A stretch of 64,000 bases of DNA from a virus (IMGVR_UViG_2518285546_000003:86-64085); one strand, 5' to 3'; positions 48,409-58,652 are shown, numbered from the stretch's first letter. A program made the numbers and translations. The notes: generated by a model from the sequence alone, not told the origin.

Positions 48409-50972
48409 TATTCGCCCTCTCCTATGAAGTACGGGAGCTCGACCCGTTTCTGCCCGATTTTAACCGTGTTGCCGTTGTCGTCTGTGGTGGTTGATTCATT
48501 ATCCACGACATTGAACTTACTGTCATCGCCCCAGTCGGTGTCGTAGATCAGTTCCTTGTACAGCAGCTGGAGGTATGCTTTTCCGTTTTCCCTGGTGAGA
48601 TATGGGAGAACTTTGGCCGCTGGGTTGACAGCGCTAAGTGCAGCCGCAGCATGCGTAATATCACCGAACGCAGCGTTGCTTGACATAGCTTTATCACCAG
48701 CTGCGTTAATTATTTTTCCTACCGCAACGGTGCGTAAAATGCGCGGATTAGTGGTTGAAACAGGTACCTTGCCTATTGTGTGGTATACTCCAGGAGCCTC
48801 AGAGACCGCATTATTACATGCCCATACGTCGCCTAAAGCCAGTACTTCGGCGTTGCTTGCAAGTTCCAGTGGGGAAGCTTCGGTGAGGTAGAAACACATA
48901 TAAACCCTTCCCACAGGAACTTCAACTCCTGTACCAAAATGAAGATTTATAGTAGAATCAAAGTTATTGGTGGTTGACGTCCATGTACTCCCACTATCAT
49001 CCGTCCTAAGTGTCACTGGTGCAGAAACTATTTTCCTTGATGCTTTAAAAGAAATAGAAGTCCCATTAGGAATTAGGGAACTACCATCTTCAGCTACCAC
49101 CAAGGGTGTTCCCATAATACCATTAGTTTTCCATACAGAAGGGTAGTTTGCAGGATCACCAATGATGTCACAGTGTAGCAGGGTTTTGGAAGCATAGGAC
49201 TGCGCTACAGTCTTCAGCCAATATATGGTTTCACCACCAGACAATCCTAGATAGGTGTCATCTATAGGAAACAAATAGGTGCGTGTCCCATCCCAATACA
49301 CTTCATTGATAGCCCCGACCTTACCTGTATCTGATACCACATATCCAACAATAGTAGTGCCTGTACGGCTGCCTATCTTACCCCCAACAGAGAGAGACTC
49401 TATATTCACGCCATCTTCACAGATAGCGCTGGAGTTCAAAGTGCAGGTTGCAATAGTATATACATCTTCAACCTTCTTCGCCTTCTCCCAACCCCTTATG
49501 GTGCCTGCAACCATCTTAGTGAACTCACGTTCAAGCAATCGCTGCAAATCACCAACTTTATGAGCCGAATTACGAAGATCAAAGATATCTACCTCATTGA
49601 TTTCATCAGCATACAATCCATCAGGACGACCTGAAGAAGTATCTTCAATATCCCCTGTGGGACCATAGGCACCAACACCAGAACCACCATAATTGATAAT
49701 ATTAAAGCAGTCGGAAGTACTGGCAATAGCACTTGCATCAGAGTTATACCAAGGAACACCACCATTTGCTACAACCGCTTTCGTGTACTTAGTACCATTA
49801 GGATTATAAACAGGGTGAAATGCACCCTGATTCCGACGATTCACAAGGCAAATTGGTACGCCATAATACTTGTTGTTATACGCTATAGTTGTAGGACGTG
49901 TATCTGGCAACCATACCCCATTATCAGTAATCTGCTCACAGTATTGATTTTCGCCTAAAATACCATGAAAGTATGCATTGTCTTCAGCAGCAGCAACTAA
50001 ATCCCCGGTTAGGGAAGTCTTTTTCCCTTTTGCTTGTAGATACGCGGAGGAAGAGTATCTGACAGCCGCTGCCGTATTTGAGATCATCTCCCAATCACTA
50101 CCCAAACCTTCGATAACACGAATCCTGTAACGTACCTGGATGATCTTATCCCCATCCAAATACAAGTTATTCTGAGGATCAGCGGCAAAGGATTGTTTTT
50201 GAGCATCAGTCATATTCGCCCATACGATACCCTTACCGATAATATCTCCGGATGATTGCCAATCCCCAAAGAGACTATAGGTACCAGCACCAGTGAATAC
50301 ACCAGCAGCACAGCTCAAAGAGGTACCATCAGGACAGATATATGAAGTTGTAAGATACTGAGGATTCCCATAAGGATAAACAAGACCTTTTTCACTAATA
50401 TCCTCATGCCAACATTCAAGGAATATCAAGTCCTGACGATCAAGTAGAGAAGACGATGCAGAAGCAGCAGGCAGAGTAACCAAATTGTTAAATTGATTCC
50501 TTGTAGCCTCAAAACCTACTCTATCAATTCGCAGCAAATGCCCGTTAACATTTACCTGGGGATAGGGGGTTTTGCTGCTCCCCTCCATCGCGGAGAGCTG
50601 TCTACCAATGGCAAATTGGTTGGCCCAAGAAGCCATCGTGTAACAAATGATACCCTCATTGACTAATCCGTAAGCCCCTGCATCACCCTTCCCCCACTCC
50701 ACAAACCCGCTACCAGCAAACGTATTCCTGCGGTCGGCGGCCATAGCTTCAAATTCGGCGGCGGACGGAAGCAGGTCCCGAATACGATCCAATACAACCG
50801 GCTGGTTACGGTATTCGAGATCGTTCCAGACGTTTACTCCGTCGCCAACCTTGTAGTTGCCAGTATCGGTCTCATACCCTCTTTCTCCGGCCGCCAATAC
50901 CGGATTTTTAGAGGACCACTGTGCTGCCGTCATGCGACGCGGAACAACTTGAGCGTAGATTCGTTTGGCCAT
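48408..50972 (-). CDS. Fibre/receptor-binding protein with Mtd_N-like N-terminus
   Basis: RRMTAAQWSSKNPVLAAGERGYETDTGNYKVGDG. Confidence 0.75.
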   Translation of the reverse strand: MAKRIYAQVVPRRMTAAQWSSKNPVLAAGERGYETDTGNYKVGDGVNVWNDLEYRNQPVVLDRIRDLLPSAAEFEAMAADRRNTFAGSGFVEWGKGDAGAYGLVNEGIICYTMASWANQFAIGRQLSAMEGSSKTPYPQVNVNGHLLRIDRVGFEATRNQFNNLVTLPAASASSSLLDRQDLIFLECWHEDISEKGLVYPYGNPQYLTTSYICPDGTSLSCAAGVFTGAGTYSLFGDWQSSGDIIGKGIVWANMTDAQKQSFAADPQNNLYLDGDKIIQVRYRIRVIEGLGSDWEMISNTAAAVRYSSSAYLQAKGKKTSLTGDLVAAAEDNAYFHGILGENQYCEQITDNGVWLPDTRPTTIAYNNKYYGVPICLVNRRNQGAFHPVYNPNGTKYTKAVVANGGVPWYNSDASAIASTSDCFNIINYGGSGVGAYGPTGDIEDTSSGRPDGLYADEINEVDIFDLRNSAHKVGDLQRLLEREFTKMVAGTIRGWEKAKKVEDVYTIATCTLNSSAICEDGVNIESLSVGGKIGSRTGTTIVGYVVSDTGKVGAINEVYWDGTRTYLFPIDDTYLGLSGGETIYWLKTVAQSYASKTLLHCDIIGDPANYPSVWKTNGIMGTPLVVAEDGSSLIPNGTSISFKASRKIVSAPVTLRTDDSGSTWTSTTNNFDSTINLHFGTGVEVPVGRVYMCFYLTEASPLELASNAEVLALGDVWACNNAVSEAPGVYHTIGKVPVSTTNPRILRTVAVGKIINAAGDKAMSSNAAFGDITHAAAALSAVNPAAKVLPYLTRENGKAYLQLLYKELIYDTDWGDDSKFNVVDNESTTTDDNGNTVKIGQKRVELPYFIGEGE

Positions 50973-51163
50973 TATTCTATTCCTCCATCGATAATCATGG
51001 TCGGATCCTGACTGCTATCCGTGCCGCCATCGAAAATTACGTCACTTGGGTCACTGCCAATGATGATACAGTCCTCCATAATGACGCCATCCGCCGTCAT
51101 GTCGGCCCGAACAGGATTAAGATTGGTTCTTGCCGGGCTCATGTCCACAAGATCACGGTTCAT
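50972..51163 (-). CDS. Small protein with IxDGG repeats
   Basis: IFDGG..IIDGG; translationally coupled. Confidence 0.55.
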   Translation of the reverse strand: MNRDLVDMSPARTNLNPVRADMTADGVIMEDCIIIGSDPSDVIFDGGTDSSQDPTMIIDGGIE

Positions 51164-51519
51164 TACTTGGCACTCCCGTGAACATAAAGTTCAAACTCGG
51201 TGATATCTTCAGCCTCTTCGTTCAGCACCCTGATTTTGATCACCGCACATGCCGGGTTGTTAATTTCGAACCCGAAGGTTTCGCCGGCGGAAACGGGCTC
51301 CGATTTGAGCAAACCGTAACGAATGCCGTTTTCGCTATACGACACTTCCAGGGTGCAAGCCTTGTCGGCATAAAGAGACCCGATAACATTGCTAAGCCGG
51401 GTGGCTTTATTGATCAGGTGTTCCCTGTTATTACCGGCAAGCAAAGGGTCAAGGTCCCGGAGAATAAGCGGGTAACCAACCGTTCTTTCGTTGATCACGT
51501 TCACAACATTTTCTTCCAT
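51163..51519 (-). CDS. Hypothetical beta-rich virion protein
   Basis: AGGAG RBS, in late operon. Confidence 0.6.
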   Translation of the reverse strand: MEENVVNVINERTVGYPLILRDLDPLLAGNNREHLINKATRLSNVIGSLYADKACTLEVSYSENGIRYGLLKSEPVSAGETFGFEINNPACAVIKIRVLNEEAEDITEFELYVHGSAK

Positions 51520-51529
51520 CTACGACTCC

Positions 51530-51760
51530 TTAAAGATCGAACAGCTTTTCGAGAAAACCGGGGGCTTCAGGGTCGATATCTTCAGGGTTTTTCTTGGCCC
51601 GTTCGATAGCTTGATCGATGTCATCCTGAGTGAACAAAGCCGCCACCTTTTCACCTGACGAAAGTTCAACATAGACCGGGAAATATTCGGTGTTCGCACC
51701 AAATTTGCGTTCCGTGTTTTCGATCTTTTCGGCTTCAAAAACAATGCTGTCAATGGCCAT
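51530..51760 (-). CDS. Hypothetical protein
   Basis: LFTQDDIDQAIERAKKNPED; GAGGA RBS. Confidence 0.65.
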   Translation of the reverse strand: MAIDSIVFEAEKIENTERKFGANTEYFPVYVELSSGEKVAALFTQDDIDQAIERAKKNPEDIDPEAPGFLEKLFDL

Positions 51761-53171
51761 GTTTCGGTCCTCTCTTTCGGAACAGATATGCTCCACTTAA
51801 AGCCTTTTCCATATTCTCAAGTCGGGTGTAGTAGTCTGGGATCTCTTCCAGGTGTGCCAGAGCGATCTTGGCAGTCAAAACCAAGTTTCCGCCGGTAATG
51901 TCACGGTGTTCAAGTTCAACAGCAATTCCCCTTGCGAACTCATCGAAATCAACCTTGTTCCAGTCAACACCGATCGAATCACCGACTTGACGATATTTCA
52001 AACGAGCGAATTCTCGCAGATCGTTCAATGTGATAGGGCCATGAGCCTCTATCTCACCCTTGACCAGCGCCCCTCCTTTGGCGCGTGTCTTCATCACCTT
52101 GGCCTTAAATTCGTCCATCGGCATTTTCTGCATATTTCCGAAAAAACGCGGGTCATCGTAATGCGCCAGGTAGCATTTTTTCGCATCCTTTGCCGTGCGG
52201 AAGCCAAGCATGCATTTCTGCTCATCTACTTCCTTGAACTCGGGCCCTTTCAACTGCGTCACGATATACACGTGGCTGGCATCCCGGTACGGACCCACAA
52301 AAACATCGACATGGTCGCCATCGGTACCGAGTGTGCCGCGAATGTACCCGTAAGGGATCTGCATGCGGGTTGCCCCCTCGCGGTCTTCATGCGGGTCGTA
52401 CCACTGGCGCACATTGCCGCGCCGATTTTCCACCGATATCGGAAGACCCTGGAAATCCATGCGCCCCTGAAGTGGCCGGGCTTTAATAAGCCTGGAAAGC
52501 AAAAATACGTTGTTTGGCACACGAATGTTTGCTATTCTGAATTTGGCCTTCAAAGACTTCTTTATAGAGTCTTTTCCGGCCCTGCTCCGGCGCGTTTCGG
52601 ACGTGTGCGCGACGCCTTTCCCGTCAGGGGAAGTAGCACGTGGCCCCGGAGCTTTCTTTTTATACATTGTTTTTGCCACTAGCCTTCTTCCCTTTTCCCA
52701 TACCTCTTCCACATAAAAGACCGTTTCGTTATATCGTTTTTCATAAACGATTGCGCTATGACCACGACCAGTCTTATTACCCCTCTTGACCCTGTCCGGA
52801 TTGGCTACGATCTCGGGAATTTTGGCAATATCAGCCTTGGTAATAGCAACTTGCCTTCTGGCTTTCTCTTTGTCCGGGTCTCCATGCTGTTGAAGAATGT
52901 GGCGAACACCGTAACTGTCGACCTCATGCCGAAAACCGGCCAGATTCAGCCCGGTCTTTTCCATTAGCTTTTTCGCTTCATCTTTTGAAACGTTTCGTAT
53001 CGCAAGGCGCTTTTGTCGATTCGACGTATCTGTAACGGCATAATCGATCAATTCTTTTAATGCGGCGATTTTCCCACCATGGGTAGATCGGTCATACCCA
53101 CCCACCCTTGTGCCATTTTTGCGGGTATAACCCTTGACCTTGGATTTTAAAAGCATCGGTGAGCAGGTCAT
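51750..53171 (-). CDS. Polyvalent protein: PBECR-like RNase + inorganic-pyrophosphatase-like + DUF5661-like
   Basis: RHILQQHG...KTMY; YGYIRGTLGTDGDHVDVF..DEQKCMLG; GIAVELEH..IALAHLEEIPDYYTRL. Confidence 0.75.
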   Translation of the reverse strand: MTCSPMLLKSKVKGYTRKNGTRVGGYDRSTHGGKIAALKELIDYAVTDTSNRQKRLAIRNVSKDEAKKLMEKTGLNLAGFRHEVDSYGVRHILQQHGDPDKEKARRQVAITKADIAKIPEIVANPDRVKRGNKTGRGHSAIVYEKRYNETVFYVEEVWEKGRRLVAKTMYKKKAPGPRATSPDGKGVAHTSETRRSRAGKDSIKKSLKAKFRIANIRVPNNVFLLSRLIKARPLQGRMDFQGLPISVENRRGNVRQWYDPHEDREGATRMQIPYGYIRGTLGTDGDHVDVFVGPYRDASHVYIVTQLKGPEFKEVDEQKCMLGFRTAKDAKKCYLAHYDDPRFFGNMQKMPMDEFKAKVMKTRAKGGALVKGEIEAHGPITLNDLREFARLKYRQVGDSIGVDWNKVDFDEFARGIAVELEHRDITGGNLVLTAKIALAHLEEIPDYYTRLENMEKALSGAYLFRKRGPKHGH

Positions 53172-56100
53172 ATATTCTTACTTTTCCCAGCTGCCTTACT
53201 TCCGGCTACCTCATGTTTCCTGGCTGTCAAAAGGTGAGAATGCATCTCTCCGAAATGGTATCCGTTGCCTTCGCTGCCCCGGTTTTTCTCCCATTCGGCT
53301 TTGTGCTTTTCATAAGCCTCCATATGGGCTGCCCTGGCCTTTTCGTGGGCATTCTTGCTGCCAGATGAGTTTGCTTCACGGCTGGCGGCCCTAGCCCTTA
53401 TGGTTGCCTTTTTGGCAGCTTTCCGGCTGTCTTCATGCTCCGTCACCATGCTCACCGTGCCATCTTTGTTTTGCCGGGTGTGCTGCTTCACATGTGATTT
53501 CAAAAGAAACAGCCCCGGCGCCATCGACACCGCTTTTTTAACGTCTTCTTTGAACAACTCCCCGACTCCTTTCTTCTCATCGAGCCTTAATTCAGTGCCC
53601 ATGTCATGAGGTGTGTCGGTCAGTACCAAATGGGCATCGACATCCTTGATAGCGCCCTTTCGCGCCCCGCGACGGAAAAACTGATCCAGCATGGAATAGG
53701 AATCCTCACCGGAAGCGATAGCGACCGCCGTGGTCCCGCCGCCACCGTTGCCGTCATATTGCAGGTTCAGACCTTCGACCCCGGCCTGGGTATGGATAGA
53801 GAACTTCACGGCAGGATCGTGCTTGAACCGGCGTTTATTCTCCCTCACGTCCTTGATCTTTTCCTTCCCGGTAAAGGTTACGATTTCGCCGACATGTCCA
53901 TAGTGCGTCTGGAGGAAATCCTTGATCTGGTTGACGGTCGCGTAGTTTTTGGCGTACAGCATGACCTTTTCATCCTCGCCCTTGCTAGCCAGGTGATTGT
54001 CAACGATCTTGCGCAAGGTATCGAACTTCCCGTTCTTGCGATGATCGAAGGAATTGAGGATCGTATTCAGCTGATGATCACGCTGCAGAGGCGAAATCTG
54101 ACGGCTACGATACATATCCTGAACCCTGCGATAAGCTTCTTTCTGATCAGCGGAAAGATCTGACTGGTGCCGTGTCATGGTGAACTTGATCGGGAGCTTA
54201 CTGCGAACAGTGAAAACATTGTCCCCGAGTTCCTGGTTCATAAAGTCGCGGATCTTCTCTTTGTAGCCGACGCCTTTATGTGCCGACCCGAACTTGGCCA
54301 TGAACTCTTTTTGGGAACTGTATTTCTTGTCATCAATGATGTTTGCATGGAAATAGAGTTCGGAAAGGTCATGGTTCGTCGGAGTGCCGGACATGGGAAC
54401 GTAATACTCAGCTTCCTTGGCGACCTCGGCCAGCCCCTTGCTCATGTCCGACCCGCTACGGCCTTCGCGTTGGGTGATCTTATGCGCTTCGTCAGCGGCC
54501 ACCATGTCGAACCCGGCTTTTTTGATCAGGGCCTTGTCGAAATTGAATTTCTCCTTATTGACAACCACGATGGTGTTTGGATCGGAGTTGTATTTCTCTT
54601 CACGCTTAGCACGGCTGGCGTCATCAACAATGGCCACCTTGTAATGGCTAAACTTCTCTACCTCTTCCTTGAAGTTCGGCATCAACTTCTGTGGCATGGA
54701 GACGATCAGTTTTTTCGGCTTCCCCGTGGCATCGTCCAGGTGAGCCTTGGCCAAGACCAGACCGAAAGACTTCCCGGTACCCGCTTCAAAATTCAGATAA
54801 CCCCGTTTGACTGCCTCGATCAGACGTGCAGCCGACTGTTGCTCCGCCGCAGGCTCGATGCGATGCGATACTCCGTTGACGTCTTCCGGGGTGTATTCCC
54901 GGATCATCGAGGGCCTGAAATTGTCCGTATTGGCCTTGCCTGCCTTGATGTCAGCAATTGAAAGACCTTCGCCAGGCTTGGCTACCGGTCCTGACGGAGT
55001 TTCCTGAAGAAGTTTTTCAAACGAACGCGAGGGAACCGTCATTTTGTACTGGTCGCTGTCCTTGGCGATGGTGACATCTCCACGGTTCAACCTCAGTTTC
55101 CTGCGTTTGCGCTCCAATGTGTCGCGACTTCCGGCATGGAATTCGAGTTTGCCCTTGTCGTTCTTGAACTCATACGCCAGCTCAGCCCCCTGGTTTAAAG
55201 CTCCTTCAGCCTGACCGAACGCCTCAAAGGCTTTGGCGTGATATTTGAGAGAGGTACCGAGAGCCTGCGCGGCACTCATAAGGTTTTGTTCCCCCCGCCC
55301 GAACTCGGCCGTCTTACGGGCCATGTCCATGAACCGGTTACCCCGATCAATGGCCAACTGAGCTACCGGGCCGCCGGCCTTTTCGATATAAGCAGCCGTT
55401 TCTTTGGCTACGGACTTGACGTTGTGCCCCCCGTTTTTCAGATAGTAGTGAGCCAACACCGCCGCATTTTGTGGGCCTACCTCGTCATAAACGTCCTTGG
55501 AAAGGATGGTGCTACCCGTTGCATCTCCGATGATTCCCGTCATGGCTTCAAACCCGCCTTGACGGATATTGCGCTTGGTCTCGTTACCTCCCTTGGCTTT
55601 GTGTTCCTTGCCCTGGTTGTCTACATACCCCCGCGTTGTCGAGATCAGATTGTAATGGGCGTCAAGCTCCGCAATCCTGGCCTTCTCATCGGCCACAACT
55701 CCCTCGAGTTCTTTTCGGGAGAGCGGCGTAAACGATACCGTATCGGTTGCCGGCCGCTTATCGTTCCCGGTACGAAGCATCTTGCCGAGATCCCGGTTTT
55801 GCCGTTCCAGGGCTTTGATTCGGTAGTAGTGGTTCAGCAAGTCCTCGGCATGCTCTTTAACCACGGCATGGAGAGTCGCTTTACCCTGTCCTGTCGGTTC
55901 TTCCTCGAGGATGGCCTTCTTCGCTTCGGCGGTTACCTGTTCCAGAACGGCGTCCTTTTCCCGCTTCAGGCGCACGGTTTCTTTCATCCGTTCGGACGCC
56001 TTCTTGCGAGGATCGGCGATGCCGGCGACTTTTTTCTCGATGGCAGCTTTATCCTCAGGAGTTATTTCAACCTCCTTGCCCATGTGCTCACGGACAAAAT

Positions 56101-58255
56101 CGGCCATCTTCCGGCGTTCGGAGGCGATATCTGTTTTGATTTCCTTTTTTGCCGACTCGATTTCGGCTCGTTTCTCCTCGGAAAGTTCCTTTTTTTCTGG
56201 CTTTTCTTCCTTCTTTTCCGCCTTGTTGCCCTCTTTGGCCTTGTCTTGTTTCAGTCCCAGGACCTTATGGCGCAAAGCGGGCCCGCCACCGGCAAGTACC
56301 GACGCGGTACCGTCTTTATGCGGCAGAATGAACACGTGGCGCCCTTGAAGGGGGCCTTCCTTAATCGTGACCCAGCGCCCGCCCGGATACTTGCCGACCA
56401 GATCGGAAGAAAAGGATTTATGCAATGCCTCGGTGGCCATGATGGCCACACCTTGGCGAAGGATATGGATCTCGCAAGCCGGGAACTCATTGGCCAGGGC
56501 TTTGACCAGGCCCTGCGTTTCGGCAAAAGCTTTTTTCAGCGATTCGCCATTCACTGTGATGTCCCGGATATAAACGCCACCGTCCCCGTCAATGCTGTAT
56601 CTCCGGCCACCCTTATCATCAGGATCGACCACTACAACGAAGGAATGCCCGACATTCGCAGTTGAAGCGATATCCCTCAATAGACGCAGGATGGCACCAT
56701 CTCGGTCCGTCGCCGTGAATCCGATGGTGTCCTTTTCGGATTTTTGCAGGGGAAGGCCTTCCAAAGCCTCTCGCGCCTGCTGCCAGTTCTCAAACCGAAT
56801 CGCCCTGTCATCCAAATAGGCATCGGCTACCGGCTTGCCATAGTTGCAACTTTCCGGCTGTTCATGGTTGACGTTTATGGAATCGTAGGGAATTGCAGCG
56901 TCATCCAGATATTTGCGAAGGGCTGGGGTGTCCGGCCGACAGGTGAAAACGATAATCTTCCATCCGGAACGACTGAGATCCTGCAGGACCGCCGTTGCCC
57001 CTTCCTTGAGTGGGCCGAAAACATCCGTTTCATATTCCGACATCAATTCGGCAATCACTCCGTCAAAGTCGACGCAAATGGTGGGACGGCTATGTGATTT
57101 CTTCAGCAACTCCAAACGCTCTTTCTGGCTTTTCAGGAATTCCAGCAACTCCTCGACATCAGCCAAACCTTTAAGCTTTTCCAGCGCTTCAGAAAAGGCT
57201 GCGCCTACATGGTTACGGTTCCACTTGTATTTTCCCTGGTACTTTGAGCCTGCTTCGTTCAGGGCCTCGGCTACCTGCTCGTTAGAGTGCGGGTCGAAGT
57301 CTCCAAGACCGAATTTTCGGCGGATGATATCGGCATCCTGATCAGGTAACTGCTTCAGAAACTTATCGATCCCGTTCTCTACCGTGCCTTCGATACCTTT
57401 TTCCTGGTCCGGATCGGTCTTCATTCCAGCCAACCGCCGCCGAAGCTCCGGATCCTCCTCTTGCGATTGGATGTCCACCAATTCCTCTTTACCCTTGCGA
57501 GCATTGAGATGACGGATGGCTGCCGTCTCTCCGTGTTTCATCATGGTTGTGAAAATCCGGCTGGCCTTGCGTTCCCCCTTGAGGTGCTCCCGGAACTCTT
57601 TAAGGTCGGCTGCCGGCGCACCCTCTGCCTCACGTCGAAGTGATTGCAGCGCCCCCAAAGCATATTCATGGATCAGGTCGGCATATTCAGGATCGGCGGC
57701 CCGATGCCACAAATCTTTTGAAGCGTCTCTGTCGACAAGCGGAGAAATGCCGTTCTTCCTGGCGAGGGTTGCGGCTTCTTTCAGGATGAACCCACGCACG
57801 AAGGGCGCATTCAGTACCTGGTCCTCTGTCATCTTCAGCCGACGGGTACCCTTCACCTTGCGGCGAACACTTTCTTTAGCGGTTAGTACACGTCGGGCCA
57901 TTGTTTTATCGCCGGCCGTATAACGCTTATCCTTCTTTTCCTTTTTGACATGTTCGGCCAAAGGGGTAACAGCCGTTCGATCAACCGTGAACTCGGCTTG
58001 CACCCCCTTGGCGTCACGTTTACCGAGAATCTTCACCTTATGCTTGGTGAGACCAACAACGGTTCCGCGCCTGGTCTTCCTTCCTCCCTCAGGACGAAAC
58101 ACGACCTCCATCCCCCGCTTAAGAGTCCCGCCCTTTTTCTTCTCGGGAGTCTTTTTGGTCCGCTTGTCATTGTGTTCTCGCACAACAACAACTTTTCCTC
58201 CCTTGATGTGACGGGTGTGTTGTTTGACATGGGATTTGAGGAGATAGAAGATCAT
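53168..58255 (-). CDS. Large polyvalent protein: sigma-region-4-like, HAD-like and SNF2-like helicase domains
   Basis: IIRRKFGL..VAEAL; VDFDGV..YLDDRA; AGTGKS, ADEAH, SGTP, EGLNLQ. Confidence 0.85.
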   Translation of the reverse strand: MIFYLLKSHVKQHTRHIKGGKVVVVREHNDKRTKKTPEKKKGGTLKRGMEVVFRPEGGRKTRRGTVVGLTKHKVKILGKRDAKGVQAEFTVDRTAVTPLAEHVKKEKKDKRYTAGDKTMARRVLTAKESVRRKVKGTRRLKMTEDQVLNAPFVRGFILKEAATLARKNGISPLVDRDASKDLWHRAADPEYADLIHEYALGALQSLRREAEGAPAADLKEFREHLKGERKASRIFTTMMKHGETAAIRHLNARKGKEELVDIQSQEEDPELRRRLAGMKTDPDQEKGIEGTVENGIDKFLKQLPDQDADIIRRKFGLGDFDPHSNEQVAEALNEAGSKYQGKYKWNRNHVGAAFSEALEKLKGLADVEELLEFLKSQKERLELLKKSHSRPTICVDFDGVIAELMSEYETDVFGPLKEGATAVLQDLSRSGWKIIVFTCRPDTPALRKYLDDAAIPYDSINVNHEQPESCNYGKPVADAYLDDRAIRFENWQQAREALEGLPLQKSEKDTIGFTATDRDGAILRLLRDIASTANVGHSFVVVVDPDDKGGRRYSIDGDGGVYIRDITVNGESLKKAFAETQGLVKALANEFPACEIHILRQGVAIMATEALHKSFSSDLVGKYPGGRWVTIKEGPLQGRHVFILPHKDGTASVLAGGGPALRHKVLGLKQDKAKEGNKAEKKEEKPEKKELSEEKRAEIESAKKEIKTDIASERRKMADFVREHMGKEVEITPEDKAAIEKKVAGIADPRKKASERMKETVRLKREKDAVLEQVTAEAKKAILEEEPTGQGKATLHAVVKEHAEDLLNHYYRIKALERQNRDLGKMLRTGNDKRPATDTVSFTPLSRKELEGVVADEKARIAELDAHYNLISTTRGYVDNQGKEHKAKGGNETKRNIRQGGFEAMTGIIGDATGSTILSKDVYDEVGPQNAAVLAHYYLKNGGHNVKSVAKETAAYIEKAGGPVAQLAIDRGNRFMDMARKTAEFGRGEQNLMSAAQALGTSLKYHAKAFEAFGQAEGALNQGAELAYEFKNDKGKLEFHAGSRDTLERKRRKLRLNRGDVTIAKDSDQYKMTVPSRSFEKLLQETPSGPVAKPGEGLSIADIKAGKANTDNFRPSMIREYTPEDVNGVSHRIEPAAEQQSAARLIEAVKRGYLNFEAGTGKSFGLVLAKAHLDDATGKPKKLIVSMPQKLMPNFKEEVEKFSHYKVAIVDDASRAKREEKYNSDPNTIVVVNKEKFNFDKALIKKAGFDMVAADEAHKITQREGRSGSDMSKGLAEVAKEAEYYVPMSGTPTNHDLSELYFHANIIDDKKYSSQKEFMAKFGSAHKGVGYKEKIRDFMNQELGDNVFTVRSKLPIKFTMTRHQSDLSADQKEAYRRVQDMYRSRQISPLQRDHQLNTILNSFDHRKNGKFDTLRKIVDNHLASKGEDEKVMLYAKNYATVNQIKDFLQTHYGHVGEIVTFTGKEKIKDVRENKRRFKHDPAVKFSIHTQAGVEGLNLQYDGNGGGGTTAVAIASGEDSYSMLDQFFRRGARKGAIKDVDAHLVLTDTPHDMGTELRLDEKKGVGELFKEDVKKAVSMAPGLFLLKSHVKQHTRQNKDGTVSMVTEHEDSRKAAKKATIRARAASREANSSGSKNAHEKARAAHMEAYEKHKAEWEKNRGSEGNGYHFGEMHSHLLTARKHEVAGSKAAGKSKNI

Positions 58256-58294
58256 GTCTGCTCCGGAAGAAAAATTTTACAGAGTATGAATGTG

Positions 58295-58612
58295 TCAGAT
58301 TTCCAGGTCTTCGATAACTTCTTTTGTGGTTTCAACCATGCGAAGAACACCGTCGCTGTGTTTCTTTAACTTCTCGGCCAAGGGAGCTTTAAAGGTTGCC
58401 CGCTCTTCTTCACCATCGCCACATCTAACGGTAGCGGTCATCACGCCGCCTTCCCGCAACCTTCCCATGAGTTTTTCCAACTGATCATTGAGTAAATTGA
58501 GGGAATGTTCCAACTCGTTTAGAGAGGTGGGCACTTCCTTCAATTTGGCGTCTTCACGGACTTCGTGAAAAATCCCTTTTCCAGTCTCTTCCTTTGTTAC
58601 GTTTGACAGCAT
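58295..58612 (-). CDS. Hypothetical coiled-coil protein
   Basis: AAGGAG RBS. Confidence 0.6.
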   Translation of the reverse strand: MLSNVTKEETGKGIFHEVREDAKLKEVPTSLNELEHSLNLLNDQLEKLMGRLREGGVMTATVRCGDGEEERATFKAPLAEKLKKHSDGVLRMVETTKEVIEDLEI

Positions 58613-58652
58613 GTTTTTCTCCTTTTTTGTTATGTCCAGACAACAAGGCGCA

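Noticed and set aside
48408..50972. Possible diversity-generating retroelement target (Mtd_N domain)
   Set aside because: No reverse transcriptase or TR/VR repeat pair seen in the window
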